Positions 20,855 through 30,981 of a stretch of 64,000 nt of DNA are shown here, piece after piece. Under the pieces are notes generated by a model that made no database searches, was not told the origin of the DNA, and saw nothing but the letters and a program-made list of their open reading frames with translations. Position 1 is the first letter of the stretch. Each line of letters starts with the position of its first letter. This DNA is from Armatimonadota bacterium. GTDB lineage: Bacteria; Armatimonadota; UBA5829; DSUL01. The translations under genes were made by a program, and so were the position numbers. The DNA lies in the NCBI GenBank assembly GCA_039811685.1, contig JBDHZC010000005.1, positions 32,001 to 96,000 on the forward strand, given 5' to 3'.

Positions 20855-21499
20855 TTGAAGAAACACAGCATAACTGCCCTTTGCGCAGCAATTCTAAGCG
20901 CGTCGCTTATTACTTCAAGTGGCGCAGCGGCGAAGAAACCTGTCAGCGCGAAGACCACGAAAGCCGCCTCAGCGCCGGTCTCCTCACCCGCGATACCCTA
21001 CTTCCCCGGCGCACAGGTGCTTACAGAGCTGACGCTTCCGAAAGATACGCTGCTTGCTGTAGTACAGGATTTGCTGAACTCAAGCGGGGCTGGAGACGCG
21101 GGGGCCTCGAGCGCTTCACCCCCGAAAGATCGGAGCTGGACCGCTCTTCCTCTCATGCAGATTCTTGCGCAGGTGGATGGCCTCTACTATCTGGAGATCG
21201 CTTTGCAGCCGGGAGCCCCGGAAGACGCCGCGCACTCGTTTTATACGCGTTTTCCAGAGTCCAGGAAGATGACGCGCATCTACAGAAGCGCCAAAGCCGA
21301 GATGGGGACTCTTGAGTTGTGGTCGGGCTCCGGTGGCGCAGGACTCTACGGCGTCATGCTGATTCCCAGGAACGCCTCAGACCCCACGTCTGTAACACTG
21401 CTTCGAGTGGCGCGTGTGGACGGGTATATCGATGCACGCAAACTTCTGTCCGATCCCAACGTCCAATCTCTGATTGAGCAGACTCTGGCGAAGAAATAG
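20855..21499 (+). CDS. Hypothetical exported protein
   Basis: SD AAGGAG, TTG start, signal peptide; paralog of preceding gene. Confidence 0.65.
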   Translation: MKKHSITALCAAILSASLITSSGAAAKKPVSAKTTKAASAPVSSPAIPYFPGAQVLTELTLPKDTLLAVVQDLLNSSGAGDAGASSASPPKDRSWTALPLMQILAQVDGLYYLEIALQPGAPEDAAHSFYTRFPESRKMTRIYRSAKAEMGTLELWSGSGGAGLYGVMLIPRNASDPTSVTLLRVARVDGYIDARKLLSDPNVQSLIEQTLAKK

Positions 21500-21637
21500 C
21501 GAAAACTTGTCAATCACGCCTGCAAACGTGCTACAATAGCCCGGCATGGCCTTTTGGGTGCGGATTGAATAAATGCGCGTCCGGCGGGCATTGAAATCCT
21601 GCCAGTCCTGATTCTGTTCAGAGAAAAGGAGTTCTCT

Positions 21638-22561
21638 ATGAAGACGGCGACATGGATAGCTGTTGGTTGTGCGGTGGGGATGGCGATGGCGCCCCTTGCC
21701 TGCGCTGCTGAGGCTACCGCGATTACCCTTCCAAAAGACACTCTCGTCACCCTTCGGTTTACCGATCCGATCTCCACCCGTTCCGCTGTTCTGGGTCAAC
21801 AGGTACACTTGCGCGTTGCCAATGACGTGTATCTGGGGACAGACCTTGTTATCCACGCAGACGAACCCACTGTGGCGACGATAACGGATGTTGAGAAGCC
21901 TCGCTCGTGGGGGCGCAGCGGGAAGCTGGAGATCGAGTTCTCTACTGTAAAAGCCTTTGACGGCTCGGACGTGCGTCTGGGCCCGTGGGCTCAAGAGAAA
22001 AAGGCCGGAATGAAGACTGCCGCCGGTGCGACTATTGGCGGCATCGTGGTGCTTGGTCCGGTTGGCGCGCTCGGAGGAATGTTTGTCAAGGGCAAGCAGG
22101 TGGACATTCCTGTTGGGCAGGAGATCGTAGCGGCGGTGCGATGGGATACGCCCCTTGCGATGCCAGCTTCTTCCATAGCGGCGCTTCCGCATAACGCCGG
22201 CGCCGCTGGGGCTGTCGTGCCTGACTCTATTTCTGCTCCGCTCCCTGCTTCCGAGCCTGCGGCGGCGCAGGCGATTGACGCGGATTCAACTCCGCTGCCT
22301 GTCGCGCCCGCCCTGGTTCAGATCACGGATGGTGAGGCGGTTGTCCAGGCGCCTGCCGTGCCCGCAGTCAAGCCCGCTCTTCCTCCAGCGAAAAGCACCA
22401 CAAAGCCGGCCGCTCCGGTGAAGCCTGCGACTCCTGCCAAATCTGCTGTGCCGGCGGCTCCAAAGAAGGCGGCTGTCGCCCCCGCGACTCCCATCCCTGG
22501 AGCTCTGCAAGAGCCTTCCGCGACTGTTGCGCCGGTCATTCCGTTTATTGAAGAGCCGTAG
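21638..22561 (+). CDS. Hypothetical secreted protein with Pro/Ala-rich tail
   Basis: SD AAGGAG, signal peptide, beta-rich domain, glycine-rich helix, PA-rich C-terminus. Confidence 0.7.
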   Translation: MKTATWIAVGCAVGMAMAPLACAAEATAITLPKDTLVTLRFTDPISTRSAVLGQQVHLRVANDVYLGTDLVIHADEPTVATITDVEKPRSWGRSGKLEIEFSTVKAFDGSDVRLGPWAQEKKAGMKTAAGATIGGIVVLGPVGALGGMFVKGKQVDIPVGQEIVAAVRWDTPLAMPASSIAALPHNAGAAGAVVPDSISAPLPASEPAAAQAIDADSTPLPVAPALVQITDGEAVVQAPAVPAVKPALPPAKSTTKPAAPVKPATPAKSAVPAAPKKAAVAPATPIPGALQEPSATVAPVIPFIEEP

Positions 22562-22746
22562 CGCCTTCGTCTGCGCTGCGATTGCGGACGAGCGGCTGTA
22601 CTGAGGCCAGCGTAGCGTGTACTGCCGGTCTGAAAAAATGGAAAAAGCTCTGAGAGGCTTTGACGTGGCGGCTGTAGGAGCGCCTTCCGCTTCTCTCGCA
22701 GCCGCCCGTCTGACTGTGTGACTGGAAAGGATCTGATCACCGCCCA

Positions 22747-23745
22747 ATGGCAAAGAAAATTGCGCTGATTCCGGGTGACGGCATTGGTCCGGAGGTATCC
22801 AACGCAGCGACATCGGTGGTGGATGCGCTGGGCGTCAAAATCGACTGGGTGGAGCTGGAGGTTGGCGCGGCTGCTTTTGCCAAGTACGGCAAGCCGGTGC
22901 CGGATCACGTATTTGATGAAGTCAAAGATCTGGGTGTGGCGCTCAAAGGCCCCGCTACGACTCCGATTGGCGGTGGCTTCAGCAGTCCAAATGTCGCCCT
23001 GCGCCAGGGACTGGATCTGTACGCGTCCCTGCGGCCGGTGCGAACGCTTCCAGGGGTCAAGTCCCGTTTTTCAGACGTTGATATCGTCGTCGTGCGCGAG
23101 AACACGGAGGGACTGTATTCCTCCAAGGAGCACCTGGTGGTGCCGGGCGTGGCAGAGTCTCTGAAGATCTGTACGGAGCAGGCGTCTATCCGCATAGCGG
23201 AGTTTGCATTTGACTACGCCGTCAAGAACAACCGCCGCAAAGTCACCGCCGTCCACAAAGCCAATATCATGAAGCTGACAGACGGGATGTTTCTGGAGTG
23301 CGCGCGCAAAGTCTCACACAAGTACGGTGACATTGAGTACAACGAGCTGATTGTTGACAACGTGTGCATGCAGCTTGTGATTGATCCCACGCGCTTTGAC
23401 GTGCTCTTGATGGAGAATCTCTACGGAGACATTGTGTCCGAGCTGTGCTCAGGGCTTGTTGGAGGTGTTGGCGTAGTGCCGGGCGCCAACTACGGCAGGA
23501 AAGCTGTAATCTTTGAGGCGGTACACGGCAGCGCTCCGGACATTGCCGGCAAGAACCGCGCCAATCCGCTGGGGATAATCCTTTCAGCGCGTCTGATGCT
23601 GGATCACATTGGAGAGCATGCGGCCTCTGAGCGCCTCTACAGCGCAATACTGAAGCTCCTGTCAGACGCGGACTCCCTGACACCGGACCTCGGAGGAAAA
23701 GCCGGGACCCGGGAGATGACCTCCGCACTTATTGCGAGGCTCTAG
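22747..23745 (+). CDS. Isocitrate/isopropylmalate dehydrogenase family protein (NAD-IDH-like)
   Basis: IPGDGIGPEV, RENTEGLY, HKANIMKLTDG, NLYGDIVS, FEAVHGSAPDIAG, TPDLGG. Confidence 0.93.
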   Translation: MAKKIALIPGDGIGPEVSNAATSVVDALGVKIDWVELEVGAAAFAKYGKPVPDHVFDEVKDLGVALKGPATTPIGGGFSSPNVALRQGLDLYASLRPVRTLPGVKSRFSDVDIVVVRENTEGLYSSKEHLVVPGVAESLKICTEQASIRIAEFAFDYAVKNNRRKVTAVHKANIMKLTDGMFLECARKVSHKYGDIEYNELIVDNVCMQLVIDPTRFDVLLMENLYGDIVSELCSGLVGGVGVVPGANYGRKAVIFEAVHGSAPDIAGKNRANPLGIILSARLMLDHIGEHAASERLYSAILKLLSDADSLTPDLGGKAGTREMTSALIARL

Positions 23746-23908
23746 AGCCGTTTCTTTTTCTTGCGCGCGCTCCGAAATCTGACAACTGAGCCCGGACGGA
23801 TTTGTCTTTCAGCGGTGTTGCCTGCAAATGTGGCATGTGCTAAAATGCAGGGTTGCTGAACGCACCTTACAGCAGGCGCTAGCGCACACTTTAGGAGCCA
23901 ACACACAA

Positions 23909-24172
23909 TTGCCGAATATTAAGTCCGTCGTAAAAGACGTAAAGAAATCCAGGGAGCGCCGACTCCGCAATCTGACATGGCGCTCGAAGATCAAGACCTT
24001 CTCCAAGAAGACACGTCAGGCTATTGGCACGGAGCAGGAAGGCCAGATGCTGAAGATGACGGCAAGTGTCGTTGACAGCGCTGCGCAGAAGGGCATCATC
24101 CACAAGAATGCCGCAGCCCGGCGCAAGTCACGCCTGATGAAAAGAGCGGCGCAGGCCGCCAAGACGGCTTAG
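23909..24172 (+). CDS. rpsT: 30S ribosomal protein S20
   Basis: (M)PNIKS..K...RRLRN, KGIIHKNAAARRKSRL; SD AGGAG, TTG start. Confidence 0.95.
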   Translation: MPNIKSVVKDVKKSRERRLRNLTWRSKIKTFSKKTRQAIGTEQEGQMLKMTASVVDSAAQKGIIHKNAAARRKSRLMKRAAQAAKTA

Positions 24173-24308
24173 AAGTCCCGCTTTCCTGCGACTGGTCTCT
24201 CAGGCGCAGGTCGCCTGACAATTCCGGAGCGCTCAGCGCTTCCATCGACAAGCCCCGCGCAGATGCGTGAGGGCTTTGTTACGTACAGCCGTAGCAGCGC
24301 GACAATCT

Positions 24309-25421
24309 TCAGCGGCGGGCTGCGGATCTGGCGGATGTCTGCGCACGCGTGGCGACGCGGGCCAGACGCCAGACGCACATCTCCAGGTCGGCGAAGGGCT
24401 CTCCCACCGAAGGCGCGCGCCCTTTCAGCGCCAGGTCTGTTTGTGCCAGAAGATCAAAAACCTCTCCCACTGCCTTCAGGTCAAAGCGCTCCGCCTGCGC
24501 CCGGTATTTCCCCATTAGAAAGGGCGTGCGCTTGATGGAATCCAGCAGATTGGGAGACGATGGCAGGAGATCGGCGCAGCCGGAGGGCAGTGCGGAAACG
24601 TCCCGAAACGCGAATCCTTTGTCCCGCAGCACTCTGGCCTGCCACAGCAGCCGGAAGTGCCTCGCCAGGACCGCCAGTGTTCTGTGCGCGGTTGCGCGCT
24701 CATCGTCACCCGCCGCGAACATGTCGCGCAGCATATCCCCTGCAACCCGCGCTCGCCCGTCGCAAACCGCATCAATCATCGCGAAGATTCGGTCCTCGTG
24801 CGGAGGCGGAATCAGCGCTTCAACGTCTTTGGCGCTCACGGTAGTTTTTGGATAGGCGTGGCTGGCGAGCTTGTGCAGTTCGTTGGCAAGCTGCCAGAAG
24901 TTCGGACCCAGACGCCGGATAAGCTCCTGAGCCGCAGCCGGCTCGATCTTGACACCTTGCCGGGTAGCCTCCTGCGCAAGAAACGCGCGGGCGTCCTCGG
25001 GCTTTGCCTGCGCGCACGTGACGACAGCGCCACCGGCCTTCTCCACCGCCTTCAACAGCGCGAGCATGTCTTTGCCGGTGTCCACACACGATTCCAGCAC
25101 AAGGCACCCGCGTGGAGCGGGTAGCGTGACGAACTGAGCGAGCTGCTGGATCTCGCTCGCCGGAGCGTTCTGTAGGTTGCGAACAAGGACCACCCGCCGA
25201 CCCGAAGCCAGAGGGATTGTCTGCCAGGCGGCCAGAGCCTGCGCTGCTTTCAAAGACTCACCTTCCAGCGCGTCTGTGTCAAACTCGGCGAACGACGGCT
25301 CCAGAAAGCGTTTGGAAATCAGCGCCAGCGCCTGTTTGCGCGCCATGTCCTCCGGTCCTACGACAGCGAAGACAGCGGTATCTGGAACCTGCTTTTGCAG
25401 AGCGGCGGGAGTTATTTTCAC
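24309..25421 (-). CDS. holA: DNA polymerase III delta subunit
   Basis: TIPLASGRRVVLV, ELHKL, IFAMIDA, DLALKG; convergent with rpsT (conserved synteny). Confidence 0.88.
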   Translation of the reverse strand: MKITPAALQKQVPDTAVFAVVGPEDMARKQALALISKRFLEPSFAEFDTDALEGESLKAAQALAAWQTIPLASGRRVVLVRNLQNAPASEIQQLAQFVTLPAPRGCLVLESCVDTGKDMLALLKAVEKAGGAVVTCAQAKPEDARAFLAQEATRQGVKIEPAAAQELIRRLGPNFWQLANELHKLASHAYPKTTVSAKDVEALIPPPHEDRIFAMIDAVCDGRARVAGDMLRDMFAAGDDERATAHRTLAVLARHFRLLWQARVLRDKGFAFRDVSALPSGCADLLPSSPNLLDSIKRTPFLMGKYRAQAERFDLKAVGEVFDLLAQTDLALKGRAPSVGEPFADLEMCVWRLARVATRAQTSARSAARR

Positions 25422-27562
25422 CGGGGTATCTCACCTGATAGGTTTGTGGATGCGCGGCGTGCCTGGCGCAGGCGCGCTTGCGCTATCCGGAAAGCGGCAT
25501 GCAGATCGTCCATTCGATTTTCCCTGATATAGCCGCGGCCGTAGAGCACTTCTGTCAGGATGATGGCCGCATGGTGAATGGCCTCATACGCCTCAGGTTG
25601 TCCAGCCAGCAGCGGCTGCGCCCGTTGAGTCAGCTCAAGTGGACTCTCGGACGGCTGGCTCCTGAGTCCCAGGCGGCGAAGCTCCCGCGCCAGACGCCGC
25701 CAGGTCTTTTGCGCCTCGCGTATCTCGCTGCGAACGTGGCGATGCGCCTCAGTTCTGGTTTCGGAGCCGCCTTCGGCGATGACCATAATCCGCAGCCCGA
25801 TAATACCAATTGCCAGAGCCGCCAGCAGGAACATCACCCTCGGATTTCTGTCTGTCAGAGTGTGGACCAGCTCGTTCCACACCGTTTCCCAGTAGCCGGG
25901 AGCGGGTGCGCTGTCAGAGGGCGTGGCTTCAAAGGGAATCCACCCATACCCGGGAAAATAAACCTCCGCCCAGGAATGCTTGTCTTTGTCGCGCACAACC
26001 CATGCGCGCTGCTCGATGTCATAGTCTCCCTGAATGTACCCGGTGGCAATGCGGGCCGGGATGCCGGCTGCGCGCGCCATTGTCGCCAGGGCTGTCGCGA
26101 ACAAATCACAATAGCCCCGCTTGCTCTGGAACAGGAAATAGTCCACCGCGTCAGGCTCTCGCGCGGGGATCGGCGGAGTCTGCAGGTCGTAGGCGCAGGT
26201 GCGCGAAAGCATCTTCTGCAGCGCAAGCATTTTGTCGTAGTTGTTGTGATAGGGGCGCGTGAGCTTCCGGGCCAGCTCCTGCACACGCGCGGAGACAAAG
26301 GGCGGCTCAAGGTAGTAACCGTTGCGCAGCCATCTCGGATATTCCTCGGACGCTTCGCGCAGACGTTGTGGGTCAGGGTCGGAAACGTTGGAGAAAACTG
26401 TGTAGTCGCGCACGAGTGAGCTTGCCGGACTGCCAGATAATCGCCACGAGTTGAAGTTGTCCCGCCGCAATCCACCGGATCTTTGCTTCACGTCAATCCG
26501 GTAGGCTTCAGCCAGGGCCGGCAGATATTGGCCTGGCTCAGTCGTCAGATTGAAGTCCTGCCGGATCTCCCGTACCGCGGAGGGATCGATCGAGCCTTCC
26601 ATCTGCAAGCGCACTGTCGGCGGTCTTCCTCCGATCCACAGGGCGCGCGTCTCGCCCCCGTCCATCGGTTGGGCGCTGGAGCGCCATTCCCGGCCTGTGT
26701 AGTTGTCCCACACCCGGCTGCGCCAATACCCGGATGCAGGCAGCCTGAACGCTGTGGCCGGTGAGTCATCGCCGCCGGCCGACGACATCTTCACTGTCAT
26801 CACGACACGGCTGGACAGCCGGACAGGCCCTTCACTGATCTCCAGCGTGTTGCTTTCGTTGTCCATCCCTATCTCGGGGCCGTGCCTGGTTGTATAGACG
26901 TCAGGCGCCATCATCACAAACGCGCGAGTCGCCGTCTGCTGCAAAAGCGGACTGACCGCCAGCCCCGCCACAACAGAGCCCACTCCGAGCGCCAGCGCCG
27001 TGGATACCGCCCGCGCCGAAGAAGCGACCTGCGAGCGTTCCGAAGGCGTTTTGCCGCTTTCAATGAACATTGTGATAGAGGAGCACAGCCAGATGCTGAA
27101 GTACGCAAGCGTATCGCCACCAGGGCTGGTCGTCGCGACAACGCCGATTAACGCCAGAGACGGCACGGTGGAAAACAGCAGCGAATCATCTGAAACAAGC
27201 GAGAACGAACGCACGACTTCAGCCCACACCAGCATCACCGCCAGTGAAAGCTCCTTGTGCGTCATAGCCAGCCCCGGGCTGAAAAGCGGAGACGTCTCCC
27301 CGGTCGCAAAGAGCCGGGCATAGGTCGCCAGACAGATGCCTATCACAACAGTCTCGACGATGCGCAGATTCTTCCCCTGCGCGCGCAGGCGGATACTGAC
27401 AAAGTAGCCTGTCGCCACCAGAACAGCAGCCACAAGAAAGAACCACGCAGACTGTACGGCAGCGGCTATCGCCGCGACGCCTGTCAAAGATGTCACCAGC
27501 CCCGCGCCGTAGAACGTCCGGTGTGTGTGCGAGGCTTCGGTTTTACTGTCGTGTGTGGTCAT
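25418..27562 (-). CDS. Membrane transglutaminase-like protein (TgpA/DUF3488 type)
   Basis: N-terminal TMs; GYCDLFATA...GIPARIATGY; HSWAEVYFPGYGWIPFEATP. Confidence 0.9.
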   Translation of the reverse strand: MTTHDSKTEASHTHRTFYGAGLVTSLTGVAAIAAAVQSAWFFLVAAVLVATGYFVSIRLRAQGKNLRIVETVVIGICLATYARLFATGETSPLFSPGLAMTHKELSLAVMLVWAEVVRSFSLVSDDSLLFSTVPSLALIGVVATTSPGGDTLAYFSIWLCSSITMFIESGKTPSERSQVASSARAVSTALALGVGSVVAGLAVSPLLQQTATRAFVMMAPDVYTTRHGPEIGMDNESNTLEISEGPVRLSSRVVMTVKMSSAGGDDSPATAFRLPASGYWRSRVWDNYTGREWRSSAQPMDGGETRALWIGGRPPTVRLQMEGSIDPSAVREIRQDFNLTTEPGQYLPALAEAYRIDVKQRSGGLRRDNFNSWRLSGSPASSLVRDYTVFSNVSDPDPQRLREASEEYPRWLRNGYYLEPPFVSARVQELARKLTRPYHNNYDKMLALQKMLSRTCAYDLQTPPIPAREPDAVDYFLFQSKRGYCDLFATALATMARAAGIPARIATGYIQGDYDIEQRAWVVRDKDKHSWAEVYFPGYGWIPFEATPSDSAPAPGYWETVWNELVHTLTDRNPRVMFLLAALAIGIIGLRIMVIAEGGSETRTEAHRHVRSEIREAQKTWRRLARELRRLGLRSQPSESPLELTQRAQPLLAGQPEAYEAIHHAAIILTEVLYGRGYIRENRMDDLHAAFRIAQARLRQARRASTNLSGEIPR

Positions 27563-28718
27563 TCTTACCAACAATATAGACGCCTGAGAGACCCTGGCGG
27601 GTTTCAGGCAACGGACTGACGACTGGCTCGGCGCTATCCTGATCACCGGAGATCAACAGCGCCGAAGCAGAACCGCGCATACTCTGCAGCACTCCGAGCG
27701 CCGCCTTCGCGTCTTCGTCCCAGTGGCAACACACAAGCACGGTGGTACCCGAGAAAGCCTCCTGCGAAAAGGCTTGCCGGACGGTCATCTCCAGCGTTTC
27801 TTTGGATTCCGGCTGCGCCAGCGCTAAGGCTGAGAGGGCTTCCTGCCTGGCCGCTTCCGGAGACAGGCCAGAGCTTCCGAGCCACTGATTGCCTGCCAGA
27901 ACACTGCTTTGATGGTTCTTGCTCCACGCCTGGTGCAGCAGGAACGAAGCTACGCTGCATGCGACCTCAAAGCGCTCGCGGCCGTCAGAGCCTTTACGCG
28001 GCGCCCGTTCGTCCAGCAGAATCCTCAGATCTCTGGAAACTTCATTTTCAAACTCCATCACCGCCAGATGTCCCATGCGCGCTGTATAAGGCCAGTGGAC
28101 CCGGCGCAGGGTGTCACCCGGGGCCCACTCCCGCACCGAGTAGGGACTGGAACCGTCCATAGCGCGCTGCCCAGACTCATTCATCCCAGCCGTGTTCTGG
28201 CGGGCAGGCTGTATGGATTTTGGTGCGTGAGGGTCCAGTGGTTGCGGCCAGGCCAGCACTTCTGTCTCCTGTAGCGTCCGGTTTCGCACCATATAAAGCC
28301 CGACTGGGTCCTGGATGTTCACGGTAATGTGCCCGATAGAGTGTTCCCCGCGCGCATTGGCCTGCATCTGGCATCGCCACGACACGGGCGAAGGAGGAGA
28401 CGTCTCTGACTTCTCAACCTCGATAAGGTCCAGCTCTTCCGGCAGGTCCAGCGACACGTGCAACCGCAAGTACTCTGGCGCGCGCGCCCGGTCCAGCGTT
28501 ACGATAAGCTCAAAAGGCTGACCGACCGGGACCAGACCGGGGCAGGCACAGCTCAGGGAAAGATGTCGCGTATAGCCCTTGGTCAGAACGTATGAGAACA
28601 GAGCAAGCGCCGCCAGGCCGCTTGCCATCACAAACAGTTCGGCGATATTCAGCAGCGTTCCCACAACGATCAGGAACACTATCCCCAGTAGTAACCCTTT
28701 TCCTCTACCGCTTAGCAT
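27543..28718 (-). CDS. DUF58 domain protein
   Basis: RG.H.IG...DPVGL, VREWAPGDTLRRVHW..TAR.G.L.V.EFE. Confidence 0.88.
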   Translation of the reverse strand: MLSGRGKGLLLGIVFLIVVGTLLNIAELFVMASGLAALALFSYVLTKGYTRHLSLSCACPGLVPVGQPFELIVTLDRARAPEYLRLHVSLDLPEELDLIEVEKSETSPPSPVSWRCQMQANARGEHSIGHITVNIQDPVGLYMVRNRTLQETEVLAWPQPLDPHAPKSIQPARQNTAGMNESGQRAMDGSSPYSVREWAPGDTLRRVHWPYTARMGHLAVMEFENEVSRDLRILLDERAPRKGSDGRERFEVACSVASFLLHQAWSKNHQSSVLAGNQWLGSSGLSPEAARQEALSALALAQPESKETLEMTVRQAFSQEAFSGTTVLVCCHWDEDAKAALGVLQSMRGSASALLISGDQDSAEPVVSPLPETRQGLSGVYIVGKNDHTRQ

Positions 28719-29697
28719 AAGTCAACGGGCAGGCAATAGAATCCAGCGTGTCCCGGATGATCTGCGCAGGGTCCAACCCTCGCACGCGCATCTCCGGCTT
28801 GAGCACAAGGCGGTGGGACAGTACAGGCACTGCGACGGATTTGACGTCATCTGGCGTAGTGTAGGCTCGGCCCTGCATGGCCGCCAGAGCCCTGGCCGCA
28901 AAGATCAGGCTCAGAGTTCCGCGAGGGCTGACTCCGAGAAAGACTTCGTGCCGGACACGGGTTGCGGTGGCGATTTCCACTACCCAGTCCCGAATCGCCT
29001 CATCCACAAAAATCATCTGCGTGGCATGTTGCAGAGCGGAGAGTTCTCCGGCGTTGATGACAGGATGCACTATCTGGATCGGATTTTCCCCGAGACGCGA
29101 CTCCAGAATGCGGCTTTCGTCGCGCACGCTCGGATATCCCATCGACAGTGAAAGCATGAAACGGTCAAGCTGCGCTTCCGGAAGAGGGTATGTCCCCTGG
29201 AGCTCAATGTGGTTTTGTGTGGCGATGACGAAAAACGGCCGGGGGATAAGATGGGTCACTCCGTCTGACGTTACCTGCGCTTCTTCCATGCACTCCAGAA
29301 GGCTGGACTGTGTCTTGGGGCTGGCCCTGTTGATCTCATCAGCGAGTACGACGTTGGCAAACACCGGCCCCGGGCGGAACTCAAACTCCAGCGTCTTCTG
29401 ATTGTAAATAGAGATTCCTGTAACGTCCGAGGGCAGCAGATCTGGTGTGAACTGAATGCGCTTGAAAGTGCATCCCAGCGCTTTGGCAAGCGTCTTGGCC
29501 AGACTCGTCTTGCCGACGCCCGGAATGTCTTCAATAAGGATATGCCCTCCGGCAAAGACCGCTGCCAGCGCAAGCCGGATCGCATCCCTCTTGCCGAGGA
29601 TGACCTTCTCTATTTCGTTCAGAATTGCCTGAGAGGCAGCGTATATCTCGCCTGCGGCATCTTCGGGACTGGTGAATCTCTCTGAGTGATGATCCAA
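28705..29697 (-). CDS. MoxR family AAA+ ATPase
   Basis: EDIPGVGKT, RIQFTPDLLPSD, LADEINRASPKTQS, LPEAQLDRF. Confidence 0.95.
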   Translation of the reverse strand: MDHHSERFTSPEDAAGEIYAASQAILNEIEKVILGKRDAIRLALAAVFAGGHILIEDIPGVGKTSLAKTLAKALGCTFKRIQFTPDLLPSDVTGISIYNQKTLEFEFRPGPVFANVVLADEINRASPKTQSSLLECMEEAQVTSDGVTHLIPRPFFVIATQNHIELQGTYPLPEAQLDRFMLSLSMGYPSVRDESRILESRLGENPIQIVHPVINAGELSALQHATQMIFVDEAIRDWVVEIATATRVRHEVFLGVSPRGTLSLIFAARALAAMQGRAYTTPDDVKSVAVPVLSHRLVLKPEMRVRGLDPAQIIRDTLDSIACPLTYAKR

Positions 29698-29879
29698 TGT
29701 CGGGCTGTGCTCCTACGGGTTTTCGTTGCGGGAAGTCCGGCGTCTTCCCGCAATGACGACTTCTATGATAGACGCTTCAGATGGCGTCAGGTCTAACAAA
29801 CATTGTAAAGTATTGTGAACTCTGGTTGTATGACGCGATTTTTCCGCCACCAGGGTCAATGTGGAGGGCGAAAGCACCG

Positions 29880-30743
29880 GTGAAATCAGCGTTATCAGGC
29901 GTCTTTACCGCCATGGTCACTCCTTTTGACAGCGCTCAGAGCGTTGATCTTCGATGGATGCGACAGCATCTGGAGTTTCTGCGGCTTGGCGGTGTTGACG
30001 GCATCGTCTCCTGCGGGACCAATGGCGAAGGTCACAGCCTCTCTCTGTCTGAGCGCTGCGCCATTGTGGATTTTCTGTGCGCCCATCGCAAGAAGCTCAA
30101 GCTGATTGTGAGCGCTGGATTTCCCAGTCTGACGGAAACGCTCGAGTTTGCCCAGTTTTGTGACAGCCGCCGCGTTGACGCCCTTCTGATAACACCTCCG
30201 TACTTTGACCCTCAGCCCTCGGAAGACGGTCTGGCAGCCTGGTTTGAGTATCTGGCGCAGCGCGTGCGTACGCCGATTTTTCTTTACAACATTCCGCAGA
30301 TGACGGGAATAGTGATAACGCCTTCTCTGTGGCGCCGCCTGAGCCGCTTCAAGCAGATTATCGGCGTCAAGGATTCGACAGGCGATATCGCTTCAACGCG
30401 CGCGTTCATCGAAAGCGCGCCCAACAAGCTCATTTTCGTCGGACACGACAAATGCTCCGCCGCCGCGCTGCACAGCGGGGCATCTGGCGTCATCACCGGT
30501 CTTTCCAACGTTTTTCCCGCGCAGGTGGTTCAGATCTGGAGGGACTTTCGCAGCGGGAAGTCCGCGGATCAGTCGCAGGAGCTTGTCTCAGCGTTGATGG
30601 ACGCTTTCGACGGACTGCCGCCGCGCGCCGCCACCAAATACGCGCTCCATCTGTGCGGCATGCCGCGCACACACGTCCGCCCGCCGGCAATAGAGCTGAC
30701 ACCGCAGCAGGAAGAGACGCTGCGCAAGCGCCTGACGGTGTAG
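29880..30743 (+). CDS. Dihydrodipicolinate synthase (DapA) family protein
   Basis: AMVTPF, GTNGE, YNIPQMTG, GVKDSTGD; upstream of lysA. Confidence 0.85.
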   Translation: MKSALSGVFTAMVTPFDSAQSVDLRWMRQHLEFLRLGGVDGIVSCGTNGEGHSLSLSERCAIVDFLCAHRKKLKLIVSAGFPSLTETLEFAQFCDSRRVDALLITPPYFDPQPSEDGLAAWFEYLAQRVRTPIFLYNIPQMTGIVITPSLWRRLSRFKQIIGVKDSTGDIASTRAFIESAPNKLIFVGHDKCSAAALHSGASGVITGLSNVFPAQVVQIWRDFRSGKSADQSQELVSALMDAFDGLPPRAATKYALHLCGMPRTHVRPPAIELTPQQEETLRKRLTV

Positions 30744-30829
30744 CCTCTCCGTGCCGCAGCCCCCGCACTCCGCCAAGCGTGTGTGTTTCCGAGCGCTTCT
30801 CCGTCTGGCCGCTTACCGGCGCCTGGAAA

Positions 30830-30859
30830 TTGACATGCCCGGATGGGGGCGGCTAAAAT
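30830..30859 (+). promoter_or_regulatory. Sigma70-type promoter upstream of lysA
   Basis: TTGACA (30830) - 18 nt - TAAAAT (30854). Confidence 0.55.
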
Positions 30860-30981
30860 CTGACCACTGTTACTGGAGTCTGTGACGCCAGGGCGGCCTG
30901 CTTCTGCCCTGGCTTTCTGCTGTTTGTGTGTGTCTGGCAGGCCGGACATTCACCCTCAGTCGATAGAATGAACGCACCACT

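Noticed and set aside
30860..30981. Lysine riboswitch before lysA
   Set aside because: Leader is too short (~120 nt) and lacks recognisable L-box motifs
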